A stretch of 64,000 bases of DNA from Lophium mytilinum (GCA_010093605.1 MU004191.1:1720816-1784815); one strand, 5' to 3'; shown: positions 1 through 13,311, counted from the first letter of the stretch. Numbers and translations: made by a program. Notes: generated from the sequence alone by a model not told the origin.

Positions 1-390
1 GGACCCTGCGTGTGTGGGTTGCTGCGCGCGGCTGAGACGGTCGGCTTGCCGCGAAGGAAGCTAGAGACGGGGGAGGAGGAGGAAGGGTAAAGCTGGGGGG
101 CCCACACACCCTGCCCGCGCTGCCTGCCGGTCGTTTCTCTTGTCGGGCGCCCGCGTCGCTGGGGGTTTCTTGGTCCTGCACCTCTTGCACCACTGGCGAC
201 TTTCGCGACCGGAGTGTCGGTAATCTGCTACACCACTGCTTTTTACGGGACACGCTGGGTTTGAGAGAGGTTGGGAATTGGAAGTGTTTGGCTATTTGAG
301 AGCGGGAGCTAAAACTAGCAACCTCCTGCCAGCTGAGTGGGTTTCCGTGGGAAGTGGTGAGGAAGAAGACGATTGGTGCGAAGCTGTTCG

Positions 391-2319
391 ATGGGCTGGG
401 ACGAGACGGACGGCATTATGGAGGGGGCTGGTGTCCAGATTCCGGTGGTGAGCAGCTATTTCTTTTTCTTTATACCGGTTTTCTTGGGCCTTGGATGTGC
501 AAGAAGTGGTTGCTGGGGTTTCCGTTGGGTTGGGAGATGTGCTACTGGGTGTTGATGGTCGTGGTGGTTCGATGCCACTGACCCCTCAGTTCTTCTTCAC
601 ATTGTTCTCTGACTTGCACTACTTGTTCGTGTTATGAGCTCGATGGCTGTATTTCTGTGGCGTGTGAGCAAAAGGCTAATTGAGGTTTAGGACGAGTCTT
701 ACCTCGAGTACGACTTCGATGCAGATGATGCCTCATTCACGTCGTAAGTGCTCTCATATACATCCCAAGCGCTATCAGAGCTCCAGGCTGAACTGCAAGA
801 GGGGGCGAACGTTGGCGACGACCATCACGCAGTATCGTTATGAAAATGGGCGGCGGTATCATGCTTTCCGTGAGTTCGACTCCTCCCGCTTGTCCGTTTG
901 GTCGAGACAATAAGAGTGCTGATCCGTGAACAGGAGACGGAGAGTACTATCAGCCGAACGACGAGAAGCAGTATGATTATGAGATGATTGTGTAAGTGTC
1001 CCTGTTGGAATATGAGTTATGAGTGGCAACTGATTTGGAAGTGGACAGGCATCACCTCTGGCTTCTGTCACTCGACGACAAGCTCTTCTCCGCGCCTCTG
1101 AATAATCCGCAAAAGATTCTCGATGTCGGGACTGGGACGGGCGTTTGGGCAGTGTATGTGCCCTATCAAGCCCCAAGATATCTGCCTCACTCAATTAACA
1201 ACCAATTCAATCAGTGATATAGCGGATATATTCCCAGATGCCGAAATCATAGGTACGCCATTCCCACAATCTTCTCAACGACATCCAGACAGAATACTTT
1301 ATGCTGATGGATTACATTCAGGCACCGACCTCTCCCCAACCCAAACCGCCATGGCCCCGCCAAACATCCGATTCGAAATCGACGACTGCAACAGCGAATG
1401 GGTGTATCCCGAGGACAGCTTCGACTTCGTGCACATGCGCAGCTTGTCTGGTTGCGTGTCTGATTGGCCGGCGTTGTACAGACAGTGCTTCAAGTACGTT
1501 TTCCCCTCTCTCATCATGCCAAAGCTCGTAATTCTCCAAAAGCTCAGAAAGTCAACCTATTGACATGCACGCAGGCACATCCAACCCGGCGGCTACCTCC
1601 AACACTGCGAATTCAGCGTCAGAGTCATCAACAACGAACCCGGCCCCCAGACCGCCCGCGCAGAGGAGATGTATAAGATGTATACCGATCTGGTATTACA
1701 GACTGGGGATATGATTGGCAAATCCTTCTCGGTGGATCAGAACATGCCTGAGCTGATCAAAGAAGCCGGTACGGCACCCTCTCACCTAAGAAAACCGCGA
1801 TGTAGGCTAACACACACAACCCCCAGGGTTCGTCGACATAGTCGACAGCAAGCCCATCTGGCCCATCGGCCCCTGGAGCTCCGACGAGCGGCTGAAGGAG
1901 GTCGGAAAGTGGAATCAGCGGAGCTGGTTGGATGGGTTGGAAAGCTGGGTGTTGGCCCTCTTCACCCGACAATTAGGAGTACGTTCCATCTGCTTCCCTT
2001 ACCCCCTATATATACCCCTTCTACCCAGACCATTCGCTCACGCCCATTGCTAACACACCCCTCGCCAGTGGTCCGCCGCCCAAGTCCGCACCTGGGTCGA
2101 AGAAATGCGCCACGTGATACGCGACCGCAACTGCCATTTCTACAACGAGGTGTACGTCCCACGCTAGCCATCTCCCCTCAACCTCATCCCCTACTCACAA
2201 AGAGCTAATTGTTGCTATCTAATAGGCGCTGTGTCGTAGCTCGCAAGCCGCTGGAAGGCGAAATCATCCCCCCAACTCCACCCTCAGCCTCCCCAGAACC
2301 CACGCCAACAGTTCTATAG
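391..2319 (+). CDS. SAM-dependent class I methyltransferase, LaeA-like family; about 11 exons
   Basis: Splicing at GT..AG sites joins YRYENGRRYHAFR, YYQPNDEKQ, the SAM-binding motif ILDVGTGTGVWA, GTDLSP, RFEIDDC, FDFVHMR, IQPGGYLQHCE, WPIGPWSSDERLKEVG and CVVARKP. Stop TAG at 2317-2319. The first exon (ATG 391, donor 448) is less certain. Confidence 0.88.
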
Positions 2320-2791
2320 CCTGCATCCCGCATATGCTCCCTCGCAGAACCCGCAGCTCGACGTAGCTAAACCTGACCTCACATGACCGACCATGTAATT
2401 TTCCAAAATAATCTCGTTCGGGCGGCTTCTTTGAAACCATTTTGATATTTAGAGACGGGGGCTGGATATCTGCTGTTTACGTATCGAAAAACTATCCTTG
2501 AACCTCGCGAGGGGTATACCCATGTTTCGGCATTTTGATCACGCAAATCTACACTCAACACGAGCACGTATTCATGTTGATGTTGATGTTTGATGTTTGT
2601 TTTGACTTTCATTCAAGCGCTTTGCTTGCTGCTGCGTGATGCAAGCCTACCTAGCGTGGAAGTGCTTGCTACGCTTCTATGTAGCAAGAAGATGACACCC
2701 CCCGCCTACCCGCCTCACGCCACGCGGTGTGGCAATTATGATGGTACACAAAAGACCCAGACCCAACGCCCGGCACCGTCTATGCGATTTC

Positions 2792-4014
2792 TCATAGCTC
2801 ATCATCAACGTCCATCTCCCCGCTCGCAGCGGCGCCGTTAGCGTTGTTGCCGCCTTTCGGCACCGAGGCTTCCTTGTCGATCATCTGGCGGGAGACGGAG
2901 ACGATGTTGTCTTCGATGAGTTGCTGGCCGACATCCTCCAGATCTGTAAAATCCAAATTAGCATCTTATCCCCTGAATTCTAGATAGTGGGTGGAACATA
3001 CGCTTCTTCGGGTCCACCTTGCCCACATATCTCGTCTTGAGCTGGTCCTTGGTCAGCTCCGTCTCCTCCTTCACCCGCTTCTCGTAGCCGTCCGCCAGCC
3101 CGACCAGCTTCTTCAGCCGGTCCTTATTCCGCTCGCCCTCGAGCTTGAAGTCGTCCATCTGCAGCGCCTCAGTCCACACGTGCTTGTGTAGGTTCATAAG
3201 CATGTTCTCTTCGAGCCCCGTCTTGCGGTACGCGATGGCGATGGAATAATAGTGGCGGTTCAGGCCGTGGATGAGGGCCTGGATGGAGGGTTTGTTGAGA
3301 TGTCCCACGTTCGACGTTGTCTGACGCGGCTCGTGGCCCATCATGAGCGTCTGCGGGTTTATGAGGCGGAACGCATCAATCACAACCTTGCCCTTGACGG
3401 ACTGGATGGGGTCAACCACAACAGCGACAGCCCGCGGTGTCAGCTGCTCGAACGACTGCTGCGTGTTGATGTCGACGGAGGAGAGCCAGCAGCCGAAGCC
3501 AGGGTGGGAGTGGTACCAGCCGACGACCGTCTCCGGGCGGCCGGTTTGCCGTAGCATGTCCATCATCTTGGTCTGGAAGACGGGGTCGACCGCCTCGACG
3601 CTGACGCCGGTCCCGCTCTGCGGCATCGCGAATACGTCGACTACTCGCACTGTGTAGTCGTCCACGAACTCGCCGAGCATCAGGCCCATGACTTCCATGG
3701 GTACGCCGGCGCGGCCGTGTCGTAGCATTTTGAGGAGCGCGAGCGAGGAGATGTAGACGGTTTCGGAGTTGTCTATTAGGTTGGTGTCCTGGATGAACAT
3801 GTTAGCAAGAACGTACATATAGGTTGCTATTGCGGTGCGGGCTATGCTTGAAAGATGATTGAACGTCATCATCTCAAGCTAAGCTCGCCAGGCCACCTCA
3901 TGCAGTGGTGAATAAGAACATAGAAATATGAAGAGGTGAACGAACCTGCGCAGGACCGCCTCCCATGCCGCCCATGCTCTGGGCGGCAGCTAGCATGCGA
4001 CTTAACCGCTCCAT
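2792..4014 (-). CDS. RPN11: 26S proteasome lid deubiquitinase Rpn11 (JAMM/MPN+ metalloprotease); 3 exons
   Basis: [31 protein letters not shown] and JAMM motif [19 protein letters not shown]. Exon 1 [12 protein letters not shown]... 4014-3946, exon 2 3788-3002, last exon [14 protein letters not shown]...MDVDDEL* ending 2792. Confidence 0.97.
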
Positions 4015-4364
4015 AGCTGTGGTTTAGTTTGAGAAAAGGTGTGGTGTGGTGTGTAGAGGTGGAGGTTGATGGGCAAGAGGAGGGTGTGGCGACGGATATA
4101 TGAGGAAGATGAAGAGTCGAAGGCGAGTTGTTGTTAAGCAGTGGTGAATGCCGCCGGAGCTCTTGCCCACGCAACTGCACCATGCCTGGGGCGGCGTTAC
4201 TGTTTTTCCGCGTCAGGGCTTGGCGTCGGCAAAACCCCGGTCCCCCAGCCTCCCGCTATTGCATTGTGCCTATCAATCAACTTCGAGATTAATTCGTTCC
4301 GCAACCTCTCTCATCCACGACCTCCTCCCCAGAAACTCGTAAAACTCACTATACAGCAGCAAAT
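4015..4364. promoter_or_regulatory. Short bidirectional promoter shared by RPN11 and RPD3
   Basis: 350 bp between two divergent start codons; contains GGAGCT at 4156-4161. Confidence 0.6.
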
Positions 4365-6729
4365 ATGGCTGGCCTAGGACCTCCTCTGGATGAAGCGTCG
4401 GCAGCTACCACCAACGGCTCCTCACATGGAAAGAAAGTCGCATACTTCTACGATTCGGATGTGGGGAATTACGCATATGTCGCCGGCCATCCTATGAAGC
4501 CGCACAGGATACGAATGGCGCATAGCTTGATCATGAACTATGGTCTCTACCAGAAGATGGAAATCTACGTAAGTTGCCTGCATCAAGCTTCCTTTGCTCT
4601 CATTGCCCAGCTCCTCGAGCTCCCGCTATCGCATCCAAGCTCGACATACCTTTCGTTTGCGCTTGTAAAGCACTCAATACTCGTCTACGATATCATACTG
4701 ACTGTAACGTAGCGCGCGAAGCCGGCTTCGAAGCTTGAAATGACCCAATTCCACACGGACGAGTACGTCGATTTCCTCCAGAAGGTCACTCCCGACAACA
4801 TGGACAACTACTCCAAGGAACAAGGCCGCTACAATGTCGGAGATGACTGTCCAGTCTTCGATGGCCTGTTCGAGTTCTGCGGCATCAGCGCTGGTGGCAG
4901 TATGGAGGGCGCGGCGCGACTGAACCGGGGGAAATGCGACGTCGCTGTGAACTGGGCTGGCGGACTTCATCACGCGAAGAAGAGCGAGGCTTCTGGCTTT
5001 TGCTACGTCAATGGTGAGAGCTATCCCAAGTCTTTGGCATTACTGAAGGTGCGCCGCTGACTCATTTGTGCTGCGCCAGACATTGTTCTCGGAATTATCG
5101 AGCTCCTCCGCTTCAAGCAGCGAGTCCTGTACATCGACATCGATGTCCACCACGGCGATGGTGTCGAGGAGGCTTTTTATACCACGGACCGCGTCATGAC
5201 CGCATCATTTCATAAATACGGCGAATACTTCCCAGGTACCGGCGAGCTTCGTGACATTGGTGTTGGCAATGGCAAGAACTATGCGGTCAACTTCCCCCTT
5301 CGCGACGGCATTACCGACGATACGTACAAGAGCGTCTTTGAGCCCGTGATCAAAGCCATCATGGACTATTACCGACCCGATGCAGTCGTTCTTCAGTGTG
5401 GAGGCGACAGCTTGTCTGGTGATCGTCTCGGCTGCTTCAACCTCAGTATGAAGGGCCACGCGAACTGCGTCAAGTACGTCAAGAGCTTCAACCTACCGGT
5501 GCTTGTCCTCGGTGGCGGTGGATATACCATGCGTAACGTCGCGCGTACTTGGGCCTATGAAACTGGGCAGCTTGTTGGGCAAGAAATGGGACCACAGCTC
5601 CCGTACAACGACTACTACGAGGTAAGCTATGCTTTTCATATCTACTGTCGCACCTCGAATCTAACTTTCTTAGTATTTTGGACCAGACTTCGAACTCGAC
5701 GTCCGCCCCTCGAATATGGACAATGCCAACTCGCCGGAGTATCTCCAGAAGATTCTAACCCAGGTCGTTGCCAACATTAGGCGCACTACGTTTGCTCCGT
5801 CGGTTCAGATGACCGATGTTCCCAGGTCCCCGCTCTTGCCAGGCATGGATGACGAAGCTGATGATGCTATGGACGACCAAGATGCTGATGACAACGCCGA
5901 CCGACGTTACACGGAGCGATACATGGACAAAAACATTGAGAGGCCCGGAGAGCTGTACGATGACAGTGAGGACGAGGAAGTCAATTCCAACCTGGGCATC
6001 CGCACACAGCCTGGCTCGAAGAGGCGCCGCAACATTATGGACTACCAGAATCCGCATGCGCCCGATGACTTTGATAGTCGACTAGGCACACCAGTCGGAC
6101 CACGAAGTCGTAGTCCCAATGGCGATGCAAGCGCCGAGGATACCAAGAACCATTCTCCGGCATTGGATGCAAGATCAGCATCGCGCGCCTCATCTCGAGC
6201 CGTAGGGTCTGCAGCAAACGGGGAGGTTCCAAGACGCAGTTACCCAATTGCACCTCGCCCTCCGCCTTTCGCCGCCCGAGACGATGATGGTGATATTGAC
6301 ATGGATGAACCCTCAGTTCTCCAGCGCGACGACGATTCACCATCTGAACACTCCTCTTCGGGCGCTCAAGAGCCGAACACTGCGGCAGCAGACTCGAATG
6401 ACACCACTTCCACTACCGCCCCTGTCAACACCGCCCGCACACCATCGCGCTCTCGCTCTCCACTAGCCACCCCGCCTGACTCTCCACCAGACGACGAGGC
6501 TGGTCCTGCCACTTCGAATATACCGAATCCCCCTGCAGAAGCTCCGACTACGGCATCGGACGTCGAAATGGAAGACCAAGGTGAAGAGGAAGCACATGCC
6601 ACGCCGGTCAAAGCCGAGCCAAGTGACAGCCTTCCCGAGCGAGACGAGGGTGTCGCAGAGCGGGAGTCGGCAGACACCAAAGCCGAGAAGGTCACCGAGG
6701 TCGCCACAGCCAAGGAGTCGTCGAGCTGA
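4365..6729 (+). CDS. RPD3: Class I histone deacetylase Rpd3/RpdA; 4 exons, long acidic/Pro-rich C-terminal tail
   Basis: [90 protein letters not shown] and [12 protein letters not shown]. Introns start near 4569, 5014 and 5622. Confidence 0.97.
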
Positions 6730-8081
6730 TTTTGACTGCGACTTCTTGATCCTCAGGAAGCTTTTGCGAATGTCACGATACATGATATGATTATTACGAT
6801 ATCCCCCAGCCTTCGGGAGGGTTGAAAACTTTTCAAGTTTCTAATTGCTTTTTTGGGCGACATCTGGTGTTGGGGACAGGACTCATAGGGAGGCTGCGAT
6901 GGCGCTTTGGCGGGTCTAAGTGCGTGCATATTTGTTCCTCTTTCCTTTTTCTTGCGCCCGGCTGTAGCATGGGATGGGAAGAAGAGGAGGCGATCTTGGA
7001 TTACTGGTGGCTGCGTGAGTGTTTATGCTGTATGTAGTCGGATCTAGCCAAGCTTTAAGTTCAACTTCTTACGTGTGACTTGGTGCAATGGGTATGCATA
7101 GGAGAAGGGCTCTGGCCTGGATGTATTGTGACTTTTCTGCGCTTATCCTTCCAGAAGCTGGGAACTTCTAAGTCAACGACAAGATGTGGGGAACGACAAG
7201 ATCACGTGCGATTAAAGCTTGGGCCGCTCTGGATGATACTTATCGTCATTTTTTTGGGAAACATAGACAAACTTCCTAAACAACTTGAGAAACACATGGT
7301 CCGCGGCAGCATCAATGAATCCAAACTAAAGAGAAAACAGAAGTCGCAATCGGTATGCCCTTCTGCCAGATCAAGCGCTAGTATTAGACCTAGGCATCGG
7401 CTCGACGAAGTCCCTGATTGACGATATCAAGATTCAATGCCAGCAGAGGATGGTGGACGTTCATGTGCGGAAGACTCTGAACACGATGCGGAATACTGAG
7501 AGAACTCAAAGCTAACGCAAAAACGCCCCTTCGACCGTTGCATGGAACGGGTATCCAAGCACCCCGCAAAATTTAATACCCCCGTCGAGCCTTTTATCTT
7601 CGCTCTGATCTCTGGTGTGGTGGTAAGACTAAGAAAAAAGAGCCTTGAAATCGAGTCCACAGATTCAGGATCAAAAGATGCCTCCAAAGTATCTCAACCG
7701 ACAGTTTGTCCTCTTTAATTGCTTTGAGTTACAGATCTAACCGCACGAGTTGCTTTTTCGTAGACGCGGAGGGTACGCAGAGGGGCACGCGGCGTGCCCG
7801 TATTGCAGTTGATTTCCTTGCCTTTTACACACGACCCTTCAAATCTAACCCGCGATATTGAGTTTAGAGGAGGCCGTGGAGGTGGGTCCGCCATACCGAT
7901 ACAGATCATCGCGGATCTCCGTCGCTTCTGTCTTGATAACTGCCGCATCTTGCGAAATTTCGTTACTGTCACCTGTTCCTGTCACCCAGAGGTGGTACCG
8001 CGTCCTGCGCTCTCGTCTCCTTGATTACCTGCAATTCTGAGGGTATACGATCTACAACTTTCCGCCGAATAGTCTTGAATG

Positions 8082-9434
8082 CTAAAGTGTGCCATAGTTC
8101 CGTCGTCGTGAAATCCTGAAAAGACCCAGAGAGCCCATGATAAATGCGTTCGGTGTAATCAGAGAGCTAAGGAACGTGATAAGAGCTGTTCCCAAGGAGT
8201 CGTGAGCTGGCGACAAGAAGATAGACCGGGCGACTGCGCTACTCCGGACGAGGTTTACACAATGATAGATCGATCTTTTCTGCTTTACTGAAGCGCTTTC
8301 GTCAACAGGTTCTTCTTGCAGGCATGTCTGCTTTACCGAAGCGCTTTCGTCAACAGGTTTTTCTTGCAGGCATGTCTGCTTTACCGAAGCGCTTTCGTCG
8401 ACAGGTTCTTCTTCTAGGCATGTCTCGTTTGACGTAGTGCGATCTGCTATGTTCTCCTGCCTCTCGGAGCACTTTACAGTGGAAATCGCGAGTGTCCCTG
8501 TGATGTCCTCTACCTGCTCATTTAGGCCGCATTCGCGATGGCTTTCTTCGTTACGTACGCTTTGCTCGAAATTGTAGAGCAAGATGTCTTGAGCTGATGG
8601 CAGCTTCATTCCTCTTCTCAAGTCATCGATTAGACCATCAAACCTGCCAACAGCTGCGCGGAAACCCAGCAAGGCTGGTGCGACTTGTTCGATTCTTTTC
8701 GTAATAAGTTGCCACTCTTTCCCATGCCCATAGTACCGGCAAGATCTACAAGAAAACTGATTGAGGAAAGCATGAATCATCTCGTGTAGAAGCGTATTCA
8801 ACCGAGACTGCGCTGGAATGGCGTCTGGATAAATTAGTGTTGGGTGTAAGAGTATTGACATTTTGTTGGCGATTCCTAATATTTTGGCAGGATGTCCTTC
8901 GACCTCCCGGATCCAACCCAAATCAACTGGCCTCAACGCTCCGAACAAAAAGAGGTCGTTAAAGATTTTGATCGCAGTTCTGATAGCGTTGCAGCCGGCC
9001 ACCAGATGGGAGATGTCTTTGACGCCCAAAGCACACATCAGATCATCCTTCGCTATCTCCCAACTTTCCAACGCCTTCCGTTGGAGGAGGCATAGATCGG
9101 TCTCCTTGCTGGTGATGTAGGAGCAGGTAATCAATGATAGAAAGGCCGGTTGATGCGAATAAAGCGTTAGCACTGGAAAAGGTAATGCTTGAGGTAATCC
9201 AGTCAGGTGCCGATGCTTCTTTGGCACCTCGAGTGGCTCGTTACTGGGTTCCGGGCGGACGCAGCAAATCTCATCTTGACTGCGGATATATTCGACCCAG
9301 ATTTGGATGACTCTTTCCCTGCATTCTTTGCCAGTGCTTCCCGTCTCCTCGCGCGCTTTCCTCACTATTCTGTGGTGGACCTCAGAGAAGGAACTCCGGG
9401 CATAGACTGGGATGGGCTCGGGAAGGAGAGCCAT
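8082..9434 (-). CDS. SprT-like zinc metalloprotease domain protein (intronless, 450 aa)
   Basis: IFNDLFLFGAL ... NTLLHEMIHAFL (HExxH) ... GHGKEWQ is the SprT-like signature. The N-terminus could extend upstream. Confidence 0.75.
   Translation of the reverse strand: MALLPEPIPVYARSSFSEVHHRIVRKAREETGSTGKECRERVIQIWVEYIRSQDEICCVRPEPSNEPLEVPKKHRHLTGLPQALPFPVLTLYSHQPAFLSLITCSYITSKETDLCLLQRKALESWEIAKDDLMCALGVKDISHLVAGCNAIRTAIKIFNDLFLFGALRPVDLGWIREVEGHPAKILGIANKMSILLHPTLIYPDAIPAQSRLNTLLHEMIHAFLNQFSCRSCRYYGHGKEWQLITKRIEQVAPALLGFRAAVGRFDGLIDDLRRGMKLPSAQDILLYNFEQSVRNEESHRECGLNEQVEDITGTLAISTVKCSERQENIADRTTSNETCLEEEPVDESASVKQTCLQEKPVDESASVKQTCLQEEPVDESASVKQKRSIYHCVNLVRSSAVARSIFLSPAHDSLGTALITFLSSLITPNAFIMGSLGLFRISRRRNYGTL
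8280..8423 (-). repeat. Three tandem 48-bp coding repeats (TCL[EQ]E[EK]PVDESASVKQ x3)
   Basis: Units at 8280-8327, 8328-8375 and 8376-8423 differ by only a few substitutions. Confidence 0.95.
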
Positions 9435-10065
9435 TTTCGGAGATCCTGCGAAGTTCGACTTGAGCTCTTTTGTGAGTGTTGTCTACGGTAGGCCGATGTT
9501 TAGTGGAATTGGTCTTCGAGCAAAAGCACTGGACTGGAAGAAGTCGAAGTTGTAGCAACTCTTGAAGGGGAATGGGAAGTGGCCTCATATTTTGGTGCTG
9601 CTTTGTGGGCAATTGGTTCCATGGTTGACGTCTTGAGACCCTTGGAACGTTGATTCGACCGCCACATCATGTCTTCAACACGTGTACCGAGGGCGACTAC
9701 TGGCACATGATGAGGTGTAGTTACAAATGCAGAAGATGCTGCCTCCAACGCCTTCTATGGCCAATATTTCCGCGGGCTAGGCTAATTAATGCTAAATTTG
9801 TCGCTTTGAATATTTGTAGGACTTTTCAGAACACACACTTATAGGTCAACCTTCATGTAAAAGCTTCCACTACTAAGGGTAAGGCCGCTCCAGTGCTCTT
9901 GCCGAAGTCATACGAGCCGGTATATCTGGCAACGCAGACATGCTAGTATAGGCCGCCGCAGGACGCAGATGATCAAGATATAAACAGATGCTATAGAGAG
10001 AGCAATGAAATGCGATCGAAGAAGACACCATACGAGGTCTGAGTGCACGAGATGCTGCATCAGCG

Positions 10066-10511
10066 ATGCCCGCTGAGGAAATGCAGAAAATCATCCAAAT
10101 CTTCAATGGCCTATTCTTCCTCGGGGCCTTGAGGTCTATCAACTTCGAGTGGGTACCTAACCTGAACTCCACCAGTCACGGACCGATCTTCGGTAGTGCC
10201 GCTTCGTCAGAACACGCATGCATACAACTGCCTCACAGTGGGGAAACTGGTCTAAGGGTGTAAGTTGTTGAAACACACTACTCCATAAATGTCTTATGTT
10301 TTCTTTCGCCAATTTGGCTGCACCATTACCTACCACGGGAAAGGTTGGCAAATGGCCACAATGATACTCGAAGATATTGCCTCGAAACTTGGTAGGGTTT
10401 AATGTCGATCCAGATCGGTTTCTAGGTCTCAGAGGAGATGTTATGGTTGGATTATTGGGTTGCCGTGCATGCATGAGCTCGAGGCATACGCCTTACGTGA
10501 ATGAGCAATGA
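10066..10511 (+). pseudogene. Frameshifted paralogue of the SprT-like gene, in inverted (head-to-head) orientation
   Basis: Pieces in different frames: QIFNGLFFLGALRSINFEWV, NTLLH, MSYVFFRQFGCTITYHGKGWQMATMILEDIASKL, VGFNVDPDRFLGLRGDV. They align in order with KIFNDLFLFGALRPVDLGWI, NTLLHEMIHAFLNQFSC..YGHGKEWQLITKRIEQVAPALLGFRAAVGRFDGLIDDL of 8082-9434. Confidence 0.8.
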
Positions 10512-11561
10512 AGAGACCAAAGCAGAGCCAGACGGCCCTCATGATGCGAAAGCTGGTTCAGAGTTCTTCCAAGCATTCAAGCAGAGCATGGCGGTACTTT
10601 CGGGAAGAGCGAAGTCTGGTTGGTTGATTAGGTCTTCGTAAATGTTTATGTAAAATGAGTTTGCAAGGATTCTGCATATGGGTGATAGTTTCGATCTTGT
10701 ATAGTACTTTCCTTAGCATATCTTCGCTGGAAATAGAACCTGTTTGCCCCCTTCTCATTGTCTCTCATTCTCAGTTCTACTACTACCGATACATATTGGC
10801 TCGAGACAACATCTGTGTAAGAGCTGGTCGTAGGTCGAAGGAGGAACAAAAAACCTGTTCAAGCTTCCGAGCTGCTGATATGATTCTGAGCCGAATTCGG
10901 GGTATTACTTGAGGGCCATCACAAGCAAACCATCCCCATCTCTAGCACTACAGACGCTAAACCAGATGAAGCTCGTCAGCCACATTCATCTTAGCGTTAC
11001 ACGTTCTAGCCTCGTGTGAGCGGATATCCCGAAGCCGGCCCGCTTGGGCCTCCCGCCAGCCACCAATCTTCAGCTGTCTCGCTTCAACCATCCCCTGGCA
11101 TTCCATCCCCAAAGGAGACCAAGACAGCCAGCCACGCGCGGCCTAGGCGGCCTCGAAAAGGCGAGATCCCAAGGGACCGGCTCCGAATGGGGACGGAGGG
11201 ACGCCGAAAGCAGCCTCAACGGCGCCTCCCTCAGCCTCGCGCACGCGTCGTGAGCTGATGGTCTTGAAGTCAATGCTGATGTCGCAGGGTTTGGCGGAGT
11301 CTCCGTGGGCTGGACTCCGCATGGCTTTATTGGTCTCGGTGCTAGACGGCTGGAGGGGAGGGGCATTGGAGAAGACGCGAAGCTTGAGATAGCTTCGTGG
11401 GTGTTTAAAAGGATAGAGATGCCTCCCAGTAACAAAGCGTGAGTTCTGAAGGTTGTGATATTTCTCTATCTTAGTTCCGATTCCATATCAGCTGTTACAG
11501 TGGAATAACAAATACTCTTTCATTTCTCTTTTCCTTCAGATCCATATATCCTCGTCCCACC

Positions 11562-13311
11562 ATGTCCACCCAAACCAAACGTATCGTCATCGCATGCGAC
11601 GGCACCTGGCAATCCTCCGTCAGCGAAGACGAAAACATCCCTTCCAATGTAACCAAGCTCTGCCGCCACGTCGCCCGTACCGGCACCACCCCCAGCGGGG
11701 CGGAGATCTCCCAAATCGTCTACTACGATTCTGGCGTTGGCACCGGTTCCCTCGCGGACCTCGAGAAGAAGCGTCAAGGCGCGACAGGCGATGGACTGGC
11801 CACCAACGTCATCGAAGCGTACAACTTCATCGTCCTGAACTACAGCCCCGGCGACGAGATCTTCTGTTTTGGCTTCTCCAGGGGCGCGTACACGGCCCGT
11901 GCGGTTGCGGGGCTGGTCACGGATATCGGCGTTATGGAACCAAGATATATGCAGATTTTCCCGTTCATCTACAAAGCTTACAAGGCGAATAAGGAGGGAA
12001 AGCCGTTTAGGGAGACGCAGGCGTGGAAGGAAATTGTAGATGGAAAATTATCGAAGAAGGGGATTGAGCTTAGCGCAAAGCCAGGAAGACGTACGGCGGA
12101 GGAGATTAGGGAGATGTGGGAGATTAAGCCGCATGGAGAGGTCGCTATTCAAGGGAGCAGAAAGGTCAAAATTGTTGGGGTTTGGGATACGGTGGGTACT
12201 TTCTATGATTTCGTGCGAAGAACGACGGCAGCTGACTTCCTTTGATCTAGGTTGGAAGTCTCGGAGTTCCTGATGGAAGGTGGATGGATAACGCTGATAA
12301 GAGGACTTCTTATGGCTTTCACAACGTGAAACTCAACGAGAGTAAGTATTGCATACGGGACACAAGGGGCCATGATGTGAGCTTCAGACTAACCTATTTC
12401 AGACATCGAGCACGCTTTTCACGCTTTGGCTTTGGATGAACGCCGAAAGGCATTCAAGCCTACCGTGTGGTACCTCCCCAAGAGCACCACAGGTAAAAAG
12501 CCAGAGCTACTGCAAGTCTGGTTCCCGGGTGTACACATCAACATCGGCGGCGGATCAGATGACGGAATCAAGGACCACGCAGGCGATCTTGAAGGTTAGC
12601 CGCTACACCCAAGTCCCTTTTTCCAACATCATCTAATTCGTCAACAACACAGGCATGTCCAACATTACCTTCGCCTGGATGCTCCAATGCATCTCCCCTT
12701 ACCTCGAAATCGACCGAACCACCTACCAGCAAACGATGATCGAATACAAGGAATGGCTCGACAACATCGACTACCAGCACACCCTCCCCCCACCCCCACC
12801 ACAAGGTATCAAGGAGACCTTCTGGTCATACGTCCCCTACGTCCCCCTCGTCAACCCCGCTCCCGTAGCCTGGACGCGCACGCCTCGCGGGTGGGGTGTT
12901 GGCCGCGTCGTCGACAGCCTTACTGGCCTCATGTACAACTACGCCGGAGGCGTCAAACGCACCCCTGGTCGTTGCGAGACAGAGTTGTGGAACCCCAAGA
13001 CTAAAGAGCCCCACTGGGTTCCGATTGGAGACATGGGCGATGTCAACGAGTACGTGCATCCCGTGGCTGGGTATCGGCGGACGAAGTTCCCAGAGGAGAA
13101 GAATAGCGGGTTAGAAGGGTTTAAGCGGGTAGAGCTGGCGAAGGGGAAGGGCTTCGAGTGGAGGAAAGAGGATGGGACCAGCCTGCCCGAGTATGTGATT
13201 CAGAAGGCTGGGAAGGCGCCAAATTTCGAGCGGTTGTGGATGACGGCTGATGGGCCTGGGTTGGAGGAGATGGAGTGGCTGGGGAAAGTGGATAGGGTCA
13301 ATGGGCTATGA
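11562..13311 (+). CDS. DUF2235 / Tle1-like alpha/beta-hydrolase (putative phospholipase); 4 exons
   Basis: KRIVIACDGTW, SNVTKL, YYDSGVGTG, GFSRGAYTAR (nucleophile elbow), VGVWDTVG, HALALDERR and QVWFPGVHINIGGG. Introns near 12196-12250, 12342-12402 and 12595-12652. Confidence 0.9.

Noticed and set aside
7080..8040. Short ORFs after RPD3, possibly a decayed gene
   Set aside because: No consistent frame, splice model or recognisable motif.
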